A DNA stretch of 64,000 nucleotides from Gemmatimonadales bacterium (GTDB taxonomy: Bacteria > Gemmatimonadota > Gemmatimonadetes > Gemmatimonadales > GWC2-71-9). The position numbers and the translations under genes were made by a program. Under the pieces are notes generated by a model, which had not been told where the DNA came from, did not search any database, and saw only the letters and a program-made list of their open reading frames with translations. The stretch spans positions 11,732-75,731 of the forward strand of contig DASXUE010000049.1 in assembly GCA_036505055.1 (NCBI GenBank). Direction: 5' to 3'. Shown one piece after another: positions 34,466-42,849 of this stretch (positions within the stretch are counted from its first letter, which is position 1; every line of letters begins with the position of its first letter).

Positions 34466-36019
34466 TTACTTCCGTTTGAGGTCCGTCAGGGCCGCCTGGG
34501 CCGCCGCACGTACTTGCTTGTCACTGTCCGCCGAAAGGCCCTCCAGGGTCCCGATGGCGGCGGGCGTGCCGGCGAGGCGCAGCGCCTCGACGGCGGTCAG
34601 GCGTAGCGCGGCGGGCTTGCGGCCAAACAGCTTGCCGCCGGGCTGGGCGAACTTGATGAGCGCTTGCACGGCGTCGGGGCTGCCGATGCGGCCCAGCGCC
34701 AGCATCAGCTCCTTCTCGACTTCCTCGTTCTCTTCTTCTCCCATCGCGACCACGAACGGCATCGCCAGCGCGCTGGCCTTCCGTCCACCGACGCCGAGGG
34801 CCGCCTGGATCCGGACCTCGGGGGAGGGGTCCTTGAGGGCGCGCCGCACCGCCTCGGCGGCGCCCTTCGTGCCGATCTTCGCCAGCGCCAGGGCGACCGC
34901 CTTCCGCACGCGCTCGTCCTCGTGACTGAGCTGGCGGCCGAGCGCCGGCACCGCCTCCTCGAGGGCCAGCTCCCCCACCAGCTCGGCGACGTTGCGCACG
35001 ACGAACCACTGGTGGTGGCCCAGCATGTGTACCAGCTGCTCGGCCCCTTCCTTCATGCCGGCGAGCGCTTCGAACACGCCCCGGCGCTCCGTGATCGTCG
35101 GCGCGGCGACGAGGAGGTCGAGCAGCACCTCGATCCCGGCGGGGCCCGCGCGTTGCAGGGCCAACAGCGCCTCCTCCCGGTGGCCGGGCGCGCCGGCGAG
35201 GTGCGCGATCCCCTCGAGCAGCGACTTCGTGTACACGCGCTTAAGCGCGATCGAGTACTGGCGCCGCTTGCTTTCGTCCGCGATTTGCTGCTCCGCCCGC
35301 ACGATTCCGGCGACGATCGTCAAGGCCTGCTCGATGCGATTCGCCTTCATCGCGCTCTCGATCTGGCGGCCCAGGATCGCGAGCGTGTCCCCAACCTGCG
35401 GGCCCGTGGGCTTCCGCTGGAGCTCGGCGAGCAAATCCGCCGGCGCCTGCGAGGCTGCCGCGGCGGGCGCGAACTCGGGCGGAGCCGCGGGAGGAGGCGC
35501 GGGGACTTCGTGGGACACGATCGGCACGTTCGCGAGGGGCGCCGACGAGACGTCCTCGAGCTCCCCGTGCAGGATGCCGTCCGTGCCCAGATCGGCCTTC
35601 GGCGCGACCGATGCCCACGGCACGACCGGCTCCGCCGTCCCGAACAACGACTGGATGGCGACGGTGATTCGCTCCGCCCCGCTGGCGCGCAGCTGCGTCG
35701 GGACGTCGTCCTGGCCCGGCTGCGCGGCGAGCGCCCGGAGCAACTCGAATACCTGGCTGGGGGGAGGGTTCGCCGGGATCGTGATTTCGCCGATCGAGTG
35801 CAGCTCGAGCCGCTGGAGCAGAGACGCGTAGGCCGGTCCCGTGATGACCGCCCCATTCACGTGCATCGAGTCGCCGTTGGTCTTCAGGGTCACCCCCTCG
35901 CCTTCGAGGAGGGCGAGCAGCGCCCGGAACTGCACCTTCTGGCCTTCCTTCGCGTCGGGATCGCGAAACAGGTCGAGGGTACGGCCGAACAGCACGGCGA
36001 ACGTTGCAGGCACGATCAT
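34466..36019 (-). CDS. HEAT-repeat protein
   Basis: The C-terminal third consists of HEAT/PBS-lyase-type repeats (VRKAVALALAKIG, PEVRIQAALGVGG, LRLTAVEALRLAG, KQVRAAAQAAL). Confidence 0.6.
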   Translation of the reverse strand: MIVPATFAVLFGRTLDLFRDPDAKEGQKVQFRALLALLEGEGVTLKTNGDSMHVNGAVITGPAYASLLQRLELHSIGEITIPANPPPSQVFELLRALAAQPGQDDVPTQLRASGAERITVAIQSLFGTAEPVVPWASVAPKADLGTDGILHGELEDVSSAPLANVPIVSHEVPAPPPAAPPEFAPAAAASQAPADLLAELQRKPTGPQVGDTLAILGRQIESAMKANRIEQALTIVAGIVRAEQQIADESKRRQYSIALKRVYTKSLLEGIAHLAGAPGHREEALLALQRAGPAGIEVLLDLLVAAPTITERRGVFEALAGMKEGAEQLVHMLGHHQWFVVRNVAELVGELALEEAVPALGRQLSHEDERVRKAVALALAKIGTKGAAEAVRRALKDPSPEVRIQAALGVGGRKASALAMPFVVAMGEEENEEVEKELMLALGRIGSPDAVQALIKFAQPGGKLFGRKPAALRLTAVEALRLAGTPAAIGTLEGLSADSDKQVRAAAQAALTDLKRK

Positions 36020-36083
36020 GAACCGGGGAATCTAACCGCGGCGGCGCTTCCGGTCACGCCGGGCGGCCGCTAGAGTTAGCGAC

Positions 36084-37331
36084 ATGGTCGCCACTCTGCT
36101 CGTGCTCGCCGTCCGTCTCGCGCTTCCCGTGACGCAGGACACACTCTCGCCGGCGGCGCACCGCGTGCTCGCCGACGTCCGCTTCCTCGCCGACGACCGG
36201 CAGGAAGGGCGCGGCGTCGGCACGGCCGGGCTGGAGCGCGCCGGCGCGTACGTGCGCGACGCGTTCGCGCGCGCCGGGCTCCGGGCGTCGTTTCAAGACT
36301 TCACGATTCCGGCCGACGCACCGGCGGTGCTGCACACGACGCTGGGCGGCACCGCGACGCGCAACGTCGTCGCCGTGCTCCCGGGCGCGTCGCCCGCACT
36401 CCGTGGAGAAGTGGTGGTGATCGGGGCGCACTACGACCACCTCGGCCTTGGGGGCTTCGGCGCGCTCGACCCCGACTCGACGGGCCGCGTGCACAACGGC
36501 GCCGACGACAACGCCTCCGGGACCGCCGCGGTACTCGAGATCGCACGGGCGCTGGCGCGCCGCCACCCGGCGCGGACCATCGTCTTCATCGCATTCAGCG
36601 GTGAGGAGCTGGGCACGCTCGGCTCGAGCTATTTCGTGCAGCACCCCATCCCCCAGCCGGTCGACTCGATCTACGCGATGCTGAACCTCGACATGGTGGG
36701 CCGCCTCAAGAACGCGCGTCTCTCGGCGCTCGGCTCCTTGACGGCCAAGGAGCTCCCCGCCCTGCTCGACTCGCTCAACACGCCGGCCCGGTTCGACTTG
36801 CGCGCCTCGGGCGACGGCTGGGGACCGAGCGACCACGCCGTCTTTTTCGCGGCGCGCCGCCCCGTGCTGCACTTCTTCACCGACCTGCACGAGGACTATC
36901 ACCGCTCCACCGACGACTGGGACAAGATCAACGCGGCCGGCCTGGCACAGGTGGCACAGTTCGTCGCCGACCTCGCGTGGACGCTCGCTAATCGTCCGGG
37001 GCCCCTGACGTTCGTGGATGCGCCGCGGCCGCAGGCGAGCGCCGGCGGGCCCGGCGCGGGATACGGCGCGTACCTGGGCACGATCCCCGACATGACGGGC
37101 TCCCCCGGCGGCGTCCGGATCACCGGCGTGCGCGCCGGCAGCCCCGCCGAGCTGGCGGGCTTGAAGGGCGGCGACATCATCACGGCGATCGGCGCCAAAA
37201 CCGTCGCGAATCTCTTCGACATGACCGAAGCGCTGCGTAGCCATCAGGCCGGCGACACCGTCGCCATCGTCGCGAAGCGCGAGGGCGCGGAACTGCACCT
37301 CACCGCGGTGCTCGGCAAGCGCGGGTCGTGA
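36084..37331 (+). CDS. M28-family peptidase with C-terminal PDZ domain
   Basis: Motifs VIGAHYDHLGLGG, NGADDNASGTAAVLEIARAL and FSGEELGTLGS. The PDZ domain is GVRITGVRAGSPAELAGLKGGDIITAIG. Confidence 0.85.
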   Translation: MVATLLVLAVRLALPVTQDTLSPAAHRVLADVRFLADDRQEGRGVGTAGLERAGAYVRDAFARAGLRASFQDFTIPADAPAVLHTTLGGTATRNVVAVLPGASPALRGEVVVIGAHYDHLGLGGFGALDPDSTGRVHNGADDNASGTAAVLEIARALARRHPARTIVFIAFSGEELGTLGSSYFVQHPIPQPVDSIYAMLNLDMVGRLKNARLSALGSLTAKELPALLDSLNTPARFDLRASGDGWGPSDHAVFFAARRPVLHFFTDLHEDYHRSTDDWDKINAAGLAQVAQFVADLAWTLANRPGPLTFVDAPRPQASAGGPGAGYGAYLGTIPDMTGSPGGVRITGVRAGSPAELAGLKGGDIITAIGAKTVANLFDMTEALRSHQAGDTVAIVAKREGAELHLTAVLGKRGS

Positions 37332-37765
37332 CGATCGTCCGCGCGCTCCGCGCCGCGCACCTGCACGACATCGGTCGCCAGGGCATCCTCCAGATGGCGT
37401 GCGACCGGTTGCGCGGCCGCGGGGCGCCCTATACCTCGGTCTACGCCTACATGCTGCACGGCGACGAGCTGGTGCTCGAAGCGCACGCGGGGCGCGACAC
37501 GGAGCACACGCGGATCCCCGTCGGCCGCGGGGTGTGCGGGACCGCGGTCGCCACCAAGCAGGACCAGAACGTCCCCGACGTGAATGCGGTGGGGAACTAC
37601 CTCGCCTGCAACGCGTTTACCAAGTCCGAGCTGGTCGTGCTCATCCGGCGCGGCGACCACATCCTCGGCCAGCTGGACATCGACTCGGACGTGCCCGCGG
37701 GATTCGGGGAGCAGGAGCAGGCCGAGGTGAAAGAAGTCGCGGACGCGCTGGCGGTGCTGCTGTAG
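37328..37765 (+). CDS. GAF-domain protein (free methionine-R-sulfoxide reductase-like)
   Basis: GTGA overlap with the upstream gene. Motifs GRGVCGTAVATKQDQNVPDVNAVGNYLACN and ELVVLI...GQLDIDS. Confidence 0.7.
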   Translation: MTIVRALRAAHLHDIGRQGILQMACDRLRGRGAPYTSVYAYMLHGDELVLEAHAGRDTEHTRIPVGRGVCGTAVATKQDQNVPDVNAVGNYLACNAFTKSELVVLIRRGDHILGQLDIDSDVPAGFGEQEQAEVKEVADALAVLL

Positions 37766-37773
37766 AATCAGCC

Positions 37774-38595
37774 ATGCTGCTCGAAGTGGACGGGGTTCGG
37801 CTGTTCACCCGTCGCGTCGGCACCGTCGGGGGGCCCCTCGCGATCGTGCTGCACGGCGGCCCCGGCGCCCACCACGACTACCTCCTTCCACAATACGATC
37901 GCCTGGCGACGGGGCGTGAGCTCTTCTACTACGACCAGCGCGGGGGGGGACAATCCCCCGTGCCGCGCGAGACGCCGGTCGGCTGGCGCGAGCACGTCGC
38001 CGACCTCGACGCGATTCGCGCGCACCTCGGTCTCGAGCGCGTGACGCTGTGCAGCTACTCCTGGGGCGGGCTGCTCGCCCTGCTCTACCTGCTCGAGCAC
38101 CCGCAGCGGGTCGAGCGTCTCGCCCTCGTGTCGCCGGCTTCCCCCACCGTGGCCTACCGGCGGCAGTTCGAGGAGGAGTTCGCGCGCCGCATGGCGGCGC
38201 CCGAGATCCAGCGCGAGCGCGAGGCGCTGCGCGCGAGCGGCGTGCACGATCAGCGCCGCGCCTTCGAGCTGGCCGTCGCCGGCTACTTCCGCGATTTCCG
38301 CGACGCGAAGCACCTGACGTCCTTCCGCGTCACCGCCCGCACCCAGCAGGCCGTCTGGGACAGTTTGGGGGAGTACGATCTCCGTCCTCGCTTGCGGGAC
38401 CTCGCATCCCGCATCTCGCTTCCCGCATCCCGCATCCTTCATGGCACGTTCGATCCCATCCCCATCGCCGGCTCTCGCGAGCTGGCGCAGCTGCTCCACG
38501 CCGATCTCATCGAGCTGCCCACCGGGCACTGCCCCCACGTCGAGGCGACGGAGGAGTTCGTAGGCGCGCTCGACGGATTTCTCCCCCGGTCGTGA
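37774..38595 (+). CDS. Alpha/beta hydrolase (S33 proline-iminopeptidase-like)
   Basis: HGGPG oxyanion motif, YDQRGGGQS and nucleophile elbow SYSWGG. It contains an in-frame heptamer-repeat copy (LASRISLPASRILHG). Confidence 0.8.
   Translation: MLLEVDGVRLFTRRVGTVGGPLAIVLHGGPGAHHDYLLPQYDRLATGRELFYYDQRGGGQSPVPRETPVGWREHVADLDAIRAHLGLERVTLCSYSWGGLLALLYLLEHPQRVERLALVSPASPTVAYRRQFEEEFARRMAAPEIQREREALRASGVHDQRRAFELAVAGYFRDFRDAKHLTSFRVTARTQQAVWDSLGEYDLRPRLRDLASRISLPASRILHGTFDPIPIAGSRELAQLLHADLIELPTGHCPHVEATEEFVGALDGFLPRS
38394..38440. repeat. Copy of the GCATCCC-heptamer repeat family, in-frame inside a CDS
   Basis: GCGGGACCTCGCATCCCGCATCTCGCTTCCCGCATCCCGCATCC. Confidence 0.7.
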
Positions 38596-39305
38596 GGCCC
38601 ACGCCGTTCGGGCTCGCTTTCGAGCACCTGGCCCGTGAGCGCTTTGCCGCAATCGCCGACGACGCGAACCGCGACCGCTTCGTGCTCCAGGAGCCGGTGG
38701 GCCGGCTGCTGCGCGAGATCGTGCCGGAGGATGCGGACGCTGACGGGCTCGAGGCTCACGTGCGGATGCTGCATCACGCCCATCGTCATTGGGCGTCGGG
38801 CGGGTGGGTGTACCGCGTCGGTGAGGCCGCGCTGCGCCGCGCGGCGGCGGGCGGGCCGATCGGCTCGCGTCTGCCCCACCCGGCGCTCTACCTCCAACTC
38901 CCCGACCTGCGAGTGTGGGGCGCGCCGACGGCCGAGGGCGGAGGTGCGCCGGAGCCGCTCGACGGCATGTTCGTCACGGAGACGAGCGAGCCCGGCGCCA
39001 TCGCGGTGCTGGGCATCTTTGGGATGCGGGAGGGCCGGCCCGGGTTCAGCGCGGTGGGCGTGGAGGGCCGCGCGGACGCAGACGATCCGTCGGCCGGTGA
39101 GTCGCTGATCGACGCGGCGCGCGACGACGGCAGCGCGCCGTTCACCCCGACGCTGGCCGGGGGCGCGGAGGCCGGGATCCACTCGCTGGCAAACGTGGGG
39201 GAGCTGCTCCTGCTCACGTGCCGGTTGTTGGCTCAGCTGCCCGCGACTCGGGATGCGGGAGGCGAGATGCGGGATGCGACGGAGCGCATGGTCGATGTCA
39301 GCTAG
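38592..39305 (+). CDS. Hypothetical protein
   Basis: GTG overlaps the upstream stop (GTGA). Amino-acid composition is coding-like and no motif is recognised. The C-terminal ~12 aa (RDAGGEMRDA...) are encoded by the left arm of a heptamer-repeat palindrome. Confidence 0.5.
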   Translation: MRPTPFGLAFEHLARERFAAIADDANRDRFVLQEPVGRLLREIVPEDADADGLEAHVRMLHHAHRHWASGGWVYRVGEAALRRAAAGGPIGSRLPHPALYLQLPDLRVWGAPTAEGGGAPEPLDGMFVTETSEPGAIAVLGIFGMREGRPGFSAVGVEGRADADDPSAGESLIDAARDDGSAPFTPTLAGGAEAGIHSLANVGELLLLTCRLLAQLPATRDAGGEMRDATERMVDVS

Positions 39306-39344
39306 GCAGGCGCGCATCCCGCTTCCCGCATCCCGCATCCCGGA
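39248..39344. repeat. Palindromic GGGATGC/GCATCCC heptamer-repeat element (REP-like hairpin)
   Basis: Left arm CGGGATGCGGGAGGCGAGATGCGGGATGCG (39249-39278) is 27/30 complementary to right arm CGCATCCCGCTTCCCGCATCCCGCATCCCG (39313-39342). The 34-nt loop contains the TAG stop of the upstream gene. Confidence 0.8.
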
Positions 39345-39360
39345 TTACGTTCGTCGTGAC

Positions 39361-40959
39361 ATGGATAAACACGCCGTTCGGTCGCTGCTCGAGCATGTCG
39401 CGGCGTTGCTCGAGCTCAGGGGCGAGGGCCCGGAGCGCGTGCGTGCCCACCAGGTCGCGGTGGAGCGCGAGCTGCTCGCGAGCGGCCGCTCCGACACGTT
39501 GGACGAGCTGCGCGAGCAGGTCCCCCCCGGCCTCGTCGAGATGCTTCGCATCCCCGGCCTCGGCGTGGCCAAGGTGCGCCAGATCCACGACCGGCTGCAC
39601 GTCGAATCACTCGCCGAGCTGGAGGATGCGGCGGGGGACGGCCGGCTCACGGGCCTGCCGCGCTTCGGACGCAGGACGGCGGAGAAGGTGCTTCGGGGCA
39701 TCGCCGCGCTGCGCCGGGACAGCACGTTTCGCCTGCTCCACCACGCCCTGGACGAAGCCCAGAGGATCGCGGCGGCGCTCGCGGCCGAGGGGGGCGTGCG
39801 CCGCGTCGAGATCGCCGGGAGTGTGCGGCGACGCCGGGAAATCATCCGCGACCTGGACTTCGTCGTGGTCGCGGGGAGCGGCAGCCGCGAAGCGCTCGTC
39901 CGGCGCCTGGGCGAGGTCCCGGGGGTCATCGAGTTCGTCGGGAAGGAAGGCGTCGTCACGCTCCGCTTCGCCTCGGGGTCGGTGGTGGACGTCTTCCTGG
40001 CGACACCGGACGACTTCGGCGTCACCTGGATTCGCGCCACGGGAGCGGCGCAGCACGTCGCCGACATCCAGGCGCGCCTCGAGGGCGGCGGCGGGCCGTG
40101 GCCCGACGAGGAGAGCGTGTACCGCGCCGCCGGGCTGCCGTGGATCGCGCCGGAGCTGCGCGAGGGCACGGGCGAAGTCGAGGCCGCTGCCGCGGGCCGG
40201 CTCCCGCGGCTCATCCAGCAGCGCGACGTGCGGGGCTTCCTCCACTGTCATACCAACTACTCCGACGGCAGCACCACGGTCGCCGAGTGGGCGACCGCGT
40301 GCCGCGACGCCGGGTACGATTGGGTCGGCATCACCGATCACAGCGAGTCGTCAACGTACGGGGGCGGCCTGCGGGCGGCGGACATCGCGCGGCAACACGC
40401 CGAGATCGACGCCGCGAACCGCCAGTTCGACGGGTTCCGAATCCTAAAGGGCGTCGAGGCGGACATTCTCGCCGACGGATCGCTCGATTACGGGCCGGCC
40501 GTGCTCGACCGGTTCGATTTCGTCATCGGCTCGATCCACACGCGCTTCGGCATGAGCGAGGGGGAGATGACCGCGCGCGTGCTCAAAGCGATGGACGACC
40601 CCCACATGACCATCCTCGGTCACCCGACGGGGCGGCTGCTGTTGTCGCGCGATCCCTATGCGATCGATCTGGAGCGCGTGTTCGAGCGCGCCGCCGACCG
40701 CGGCGTAGCCGTGGAGCTGAACGCCGACCCGCATCGCCTCGATCTCGACTGGCGCATGGTGCGCCGGGCGCGCGAGCTCGGGGTCACCATCTCGCTCGGC
40801 GCCGACGCGCACTCGATCGCCGGCATGAGTAATGTCGCCGTGGGCCTGGGCATCGCGCGCAAGGGCTGGCTCGAGGCGAGCGACGTGCTCAACAGCCGCG
40901 ACGCCGACGGATTCCTCGCGCACGCGCGCGGACGGGGGGGGCGGGCCGCCTACGCATGA
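39361..40959 (+). CDS. polX: Family X DNA polymerase with C-terminal PHP domain (PolX)
   Basis: Start at the internal ATG (MDKHAV...). HhH motif IPGLGVAKV, nucleotidyltransferase motif GSVRRRREIIRDLDFVV, and PHP motifs HCHTNYSDG, ITDHS and GADAH. Confidence 0.85.
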   Translation: MDKHAVRSLLEHVAALLELRGEGPERVRAHQVAVERELLASGRSDTLDELREQVPPGLVEMLRIPGLGVAKVRQIHDRLHVESLAELEDAAGDGRLTGLPRFGRRTAEKVLRGIAALRRDSTFRLLHHALDEAQRIAAALAAEGGVRRVEIAGSVRRRREIIRDLDFVVVAGSGSREALVRRLGEVPGVIEFVGKEGVVTLRFASGSVVDVFLATPDDFGVTWIRATGAAQHVADIQARLEGGGGPWPDEESVYRAAGLPWIAPELREGTGEVEAAAAGRLPRLIQQRDVRGFLHCHTNYSDGSTTVAEWATACRDAGYDWVGITDHSESSTYGGGLRAADIARQHAEIDAANRQFDGFRILKGVEADILADGSLDYGPAVLDRFDFVIGSIHTRFGMSEGEMTARVLKAMDDPHMTILGHPTGRLLLSRDPYAIDLERVFERAADRGVAVELNADPHRLDLDWRMVRRARELGVTISLGADAHSIAGMSNVAVGLGIARKGWLEASDVLNSRDADGFLAHARGRGGRAAYA

Positions 40960-41600
40960 CGGTGAAGACGAAGTCTCGCCCCGACGTAAAGAAGATCATC
41001 GCGCGCTTCGAGCGCGCCTACCCCGACGCCACCTGCGCCCTACACCACACGAGTGCGCTGGAACTCGTCGTCGCCACGATCCTGTCGGCACAGTGCACCG
41101 ACGCGCGCGTGAACATGGTCACGCCCGTGCTGTTCGCGAAATACCGGACGGCCGCGGACTACGCCGCCGCGGACCCCCGCGTACTCGAGCGTGAGATCCA
41201 GTCGACGGGGTTCTTCCGCAACAAGACCAAGTCGATCATCGGGATGGCGCAGGCGCTCGTGGAGCGCCACGGGGGCGAGGTCCCCGACACGATGGACGCG
41301 CTGACCGCCCTCCCCGGCGTCGGCCGCAAGACGGCCAACGTGATCCTCGGCACGTGGTTCAAGAAGAATGAAGGGGTCGTAGTGGACACCCACGTGCACC
41401 GCCTCACACGGCTCATGAAGCTCACCAAGCAGGACGATCCCGTGAAGATCGAGCGGGATCTCATGGCGCTGCTGCCGCGCGACAAGTGGACCTGGTGGTC
41501 GCATACGCTCATCCAGCACGGCCGTCAGGTGTGCATCGCGCGGCGGCCGAAATGCGAGGAGTGTGTGGTGAATCGGCTCTGCCCGAGTTCGCGGGTGTGA
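40956..41600 (+). CDS. nth: Endonuclease III
   Basis: ATGA overlap with polX. HhH-GPD motif LPGVGRKTANVILG. Fe-S loop is C-X6-C-X2-C-X5-C (CIARRPKCEECVVNRLC). Confidence 0.95.
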   Translation: MTVKTKSRPDVKKIIARFERAYPDATCALHHTSALELVVATILSAQCTDARVNMVTPVLFAKYRTAADYAAADPRVLEREIQSTGFFRNKTKSIIGMAQALVERHGGEVPDTMDALTALPGVGRKTANVILGTWFKKNEGVVVDTHVHRLTRLMKLTKQDDPVKIERDLMALLPRDKWTWWSHTLIQHGRQVCIARRPKCEECVVNRLCPSSRV

Positions 41601-41621
41601 AGCGTTTTACGACGCTACGTC

Positions 41622-41678
41622 GCTACGTTGTACGTCGTGTCTTCCGCGGTTCGTACAACGTACCGTCGTACAACGTAC
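41622..41678 (+). promoter_or_regulatory. Three copies of an 11-nt motif (one inverted, two direct) in the AT-richer leader of the downstream operon
   Basis: TACGTTGTACG is at 41624-41634. Its reverse complement CGTACAACGTA is at 41652-41662 and 41667-41677. The last copy ends 5 nt before the ATG. Confidence 0.4.
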
Positions 41679-41682
41679 AACT

Positions 41683-42840
41683 ATGACCGCCACTCTCCCG
41701 CCAATCGACCGTCCGTCGCTCATCGCCACCCGCCGCGACCTGCACCAGCATCCCGAGCTGGGGTTCGAGGAAACGCGTACCGCCACGCTCGCGGCCGAGC
41801 GGCTGCGCGCCCTCGGCTACGACGTACGGACGGGGGTGGGAAAAACGGGCGTCGTGGCCCTCAAGGCGGGCGACAACGGTCGCTGCGTCTTGCTGCGCGC
41901 GGATATGGACGCCCTCCCCATCGACGAAGCGAACGACGTCCCGTACCGGTCGAAGCATCCAGGCAAGATGCACGCCTGCGGCCACGACGGGCACGTGGCG
42001 ATCGGTCTCGAGGTGGCGCGCCGCCTGGCGGCGGCGCCGCTCCCGGGCAGCGTGAAGTTCGCGTTCCAGCCCGCCGAGGAAGTGTCGAATGGGGCGCGGG
42101 CGATGATCGACGCCGGCGTGCTGCGCGCCCCCGACGTCCATGCGGCGTTCGGCATCCACCTCTGGAACGATCTGCCGGTGGGCACCGTGGGGATCATGCC
42201 GGGACCGATGATGGCGTCGGTCGACGAGTTCGAGATCACGATCCTCGGCCGCGGTGGCCACGCGGCCGCGCCGCACCAGACGGCGGACCCGGTGCTCGTG
42301 GCGGCGCACGTCGTCACCGGACTGCAGAGCCTCGTCTCCCGCCGCCGCAATCCGCTGGAAGAGGGCGTCGTCTCGGTCACCCAGATGCAGGCGGGTCACG
42401 CGTTCAACGTGATCCCGGGACGCGCCGACCTGCGGGGCACCGTGCGCACCTTCGGCGGAAAATTTTGGGAGCAGGCGCCGGCGCTGATCGACGAGACGGC
42501 GCAGGGCATCGCGAGCGCCTTCGGGGCTCGGGCTGAAGTGCGCTACCGGCGCCTCAGCGGACCGACGGTGAACGATCCCGCGATGGCGGCGCTGATGGCG
42601 GACGTCGCCGTCGAAACGGTGGGCCGGGACAACGTGAAGGGCGGCGTGCGCACCATGGGCGGTGAGGACATGTCGTACTTCCTGCAGCAGGTCCCGGGGT
42701 GCTTCGCCTTCGTCGGCTCGGCACCCAAGGGCGCGAAGGGGGCCCCGCACCATAGTGCGACTTTCGACATCGACGAAGAGTCGCTGGTGATCGGTTCGGA
42801 GCTCCTGGCGCGAGTGGCGGTGCGGTACCTCGGCGGGTAG
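41683..42840 (+). CDS. M20-family amidohydrolase (cytoplasmic paralog)
   Basis: Motifs LHQHPELGFEE, LLRADMDALP, MHACGHDGHVAIGL and FQPAEE. Confidence 0.9.
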   Translation: MTATLPPIDRPSLIATRRDLHQHPELGFEETRTATLAAERLRALGYDVRTGVGKTGVVALKAGDNGRCVLLRADMDALPIDEANDVPYRSKHPGKMHACGHDGHVAIGLEVARRLAAAPLPGSVKFAFQPAEEVSNGARAMIDAGVLRAPDVHAAFGIHLWNDLPVGTVGIMPGPMMASVDEFEITILGRGGHAAAPHQTADPVLVAAHVVTGLQSLVSRRRNPLEEGVVSVTQMQAGHAFNVIPGRADLRGTVRTFGGKFWEQAPALIDETAQGIASAFGARAEVRYRRLSGPTVNDPAMAALMADVAVETVGRDNVKGGVRTMGGEDMSYFLQQVPGCFAFVGSAPKGAKGAPHHSATFDIDEESLVIGSELLARVAVRYLGG

Positions 42841-42849
42841 CTTCGCCCG

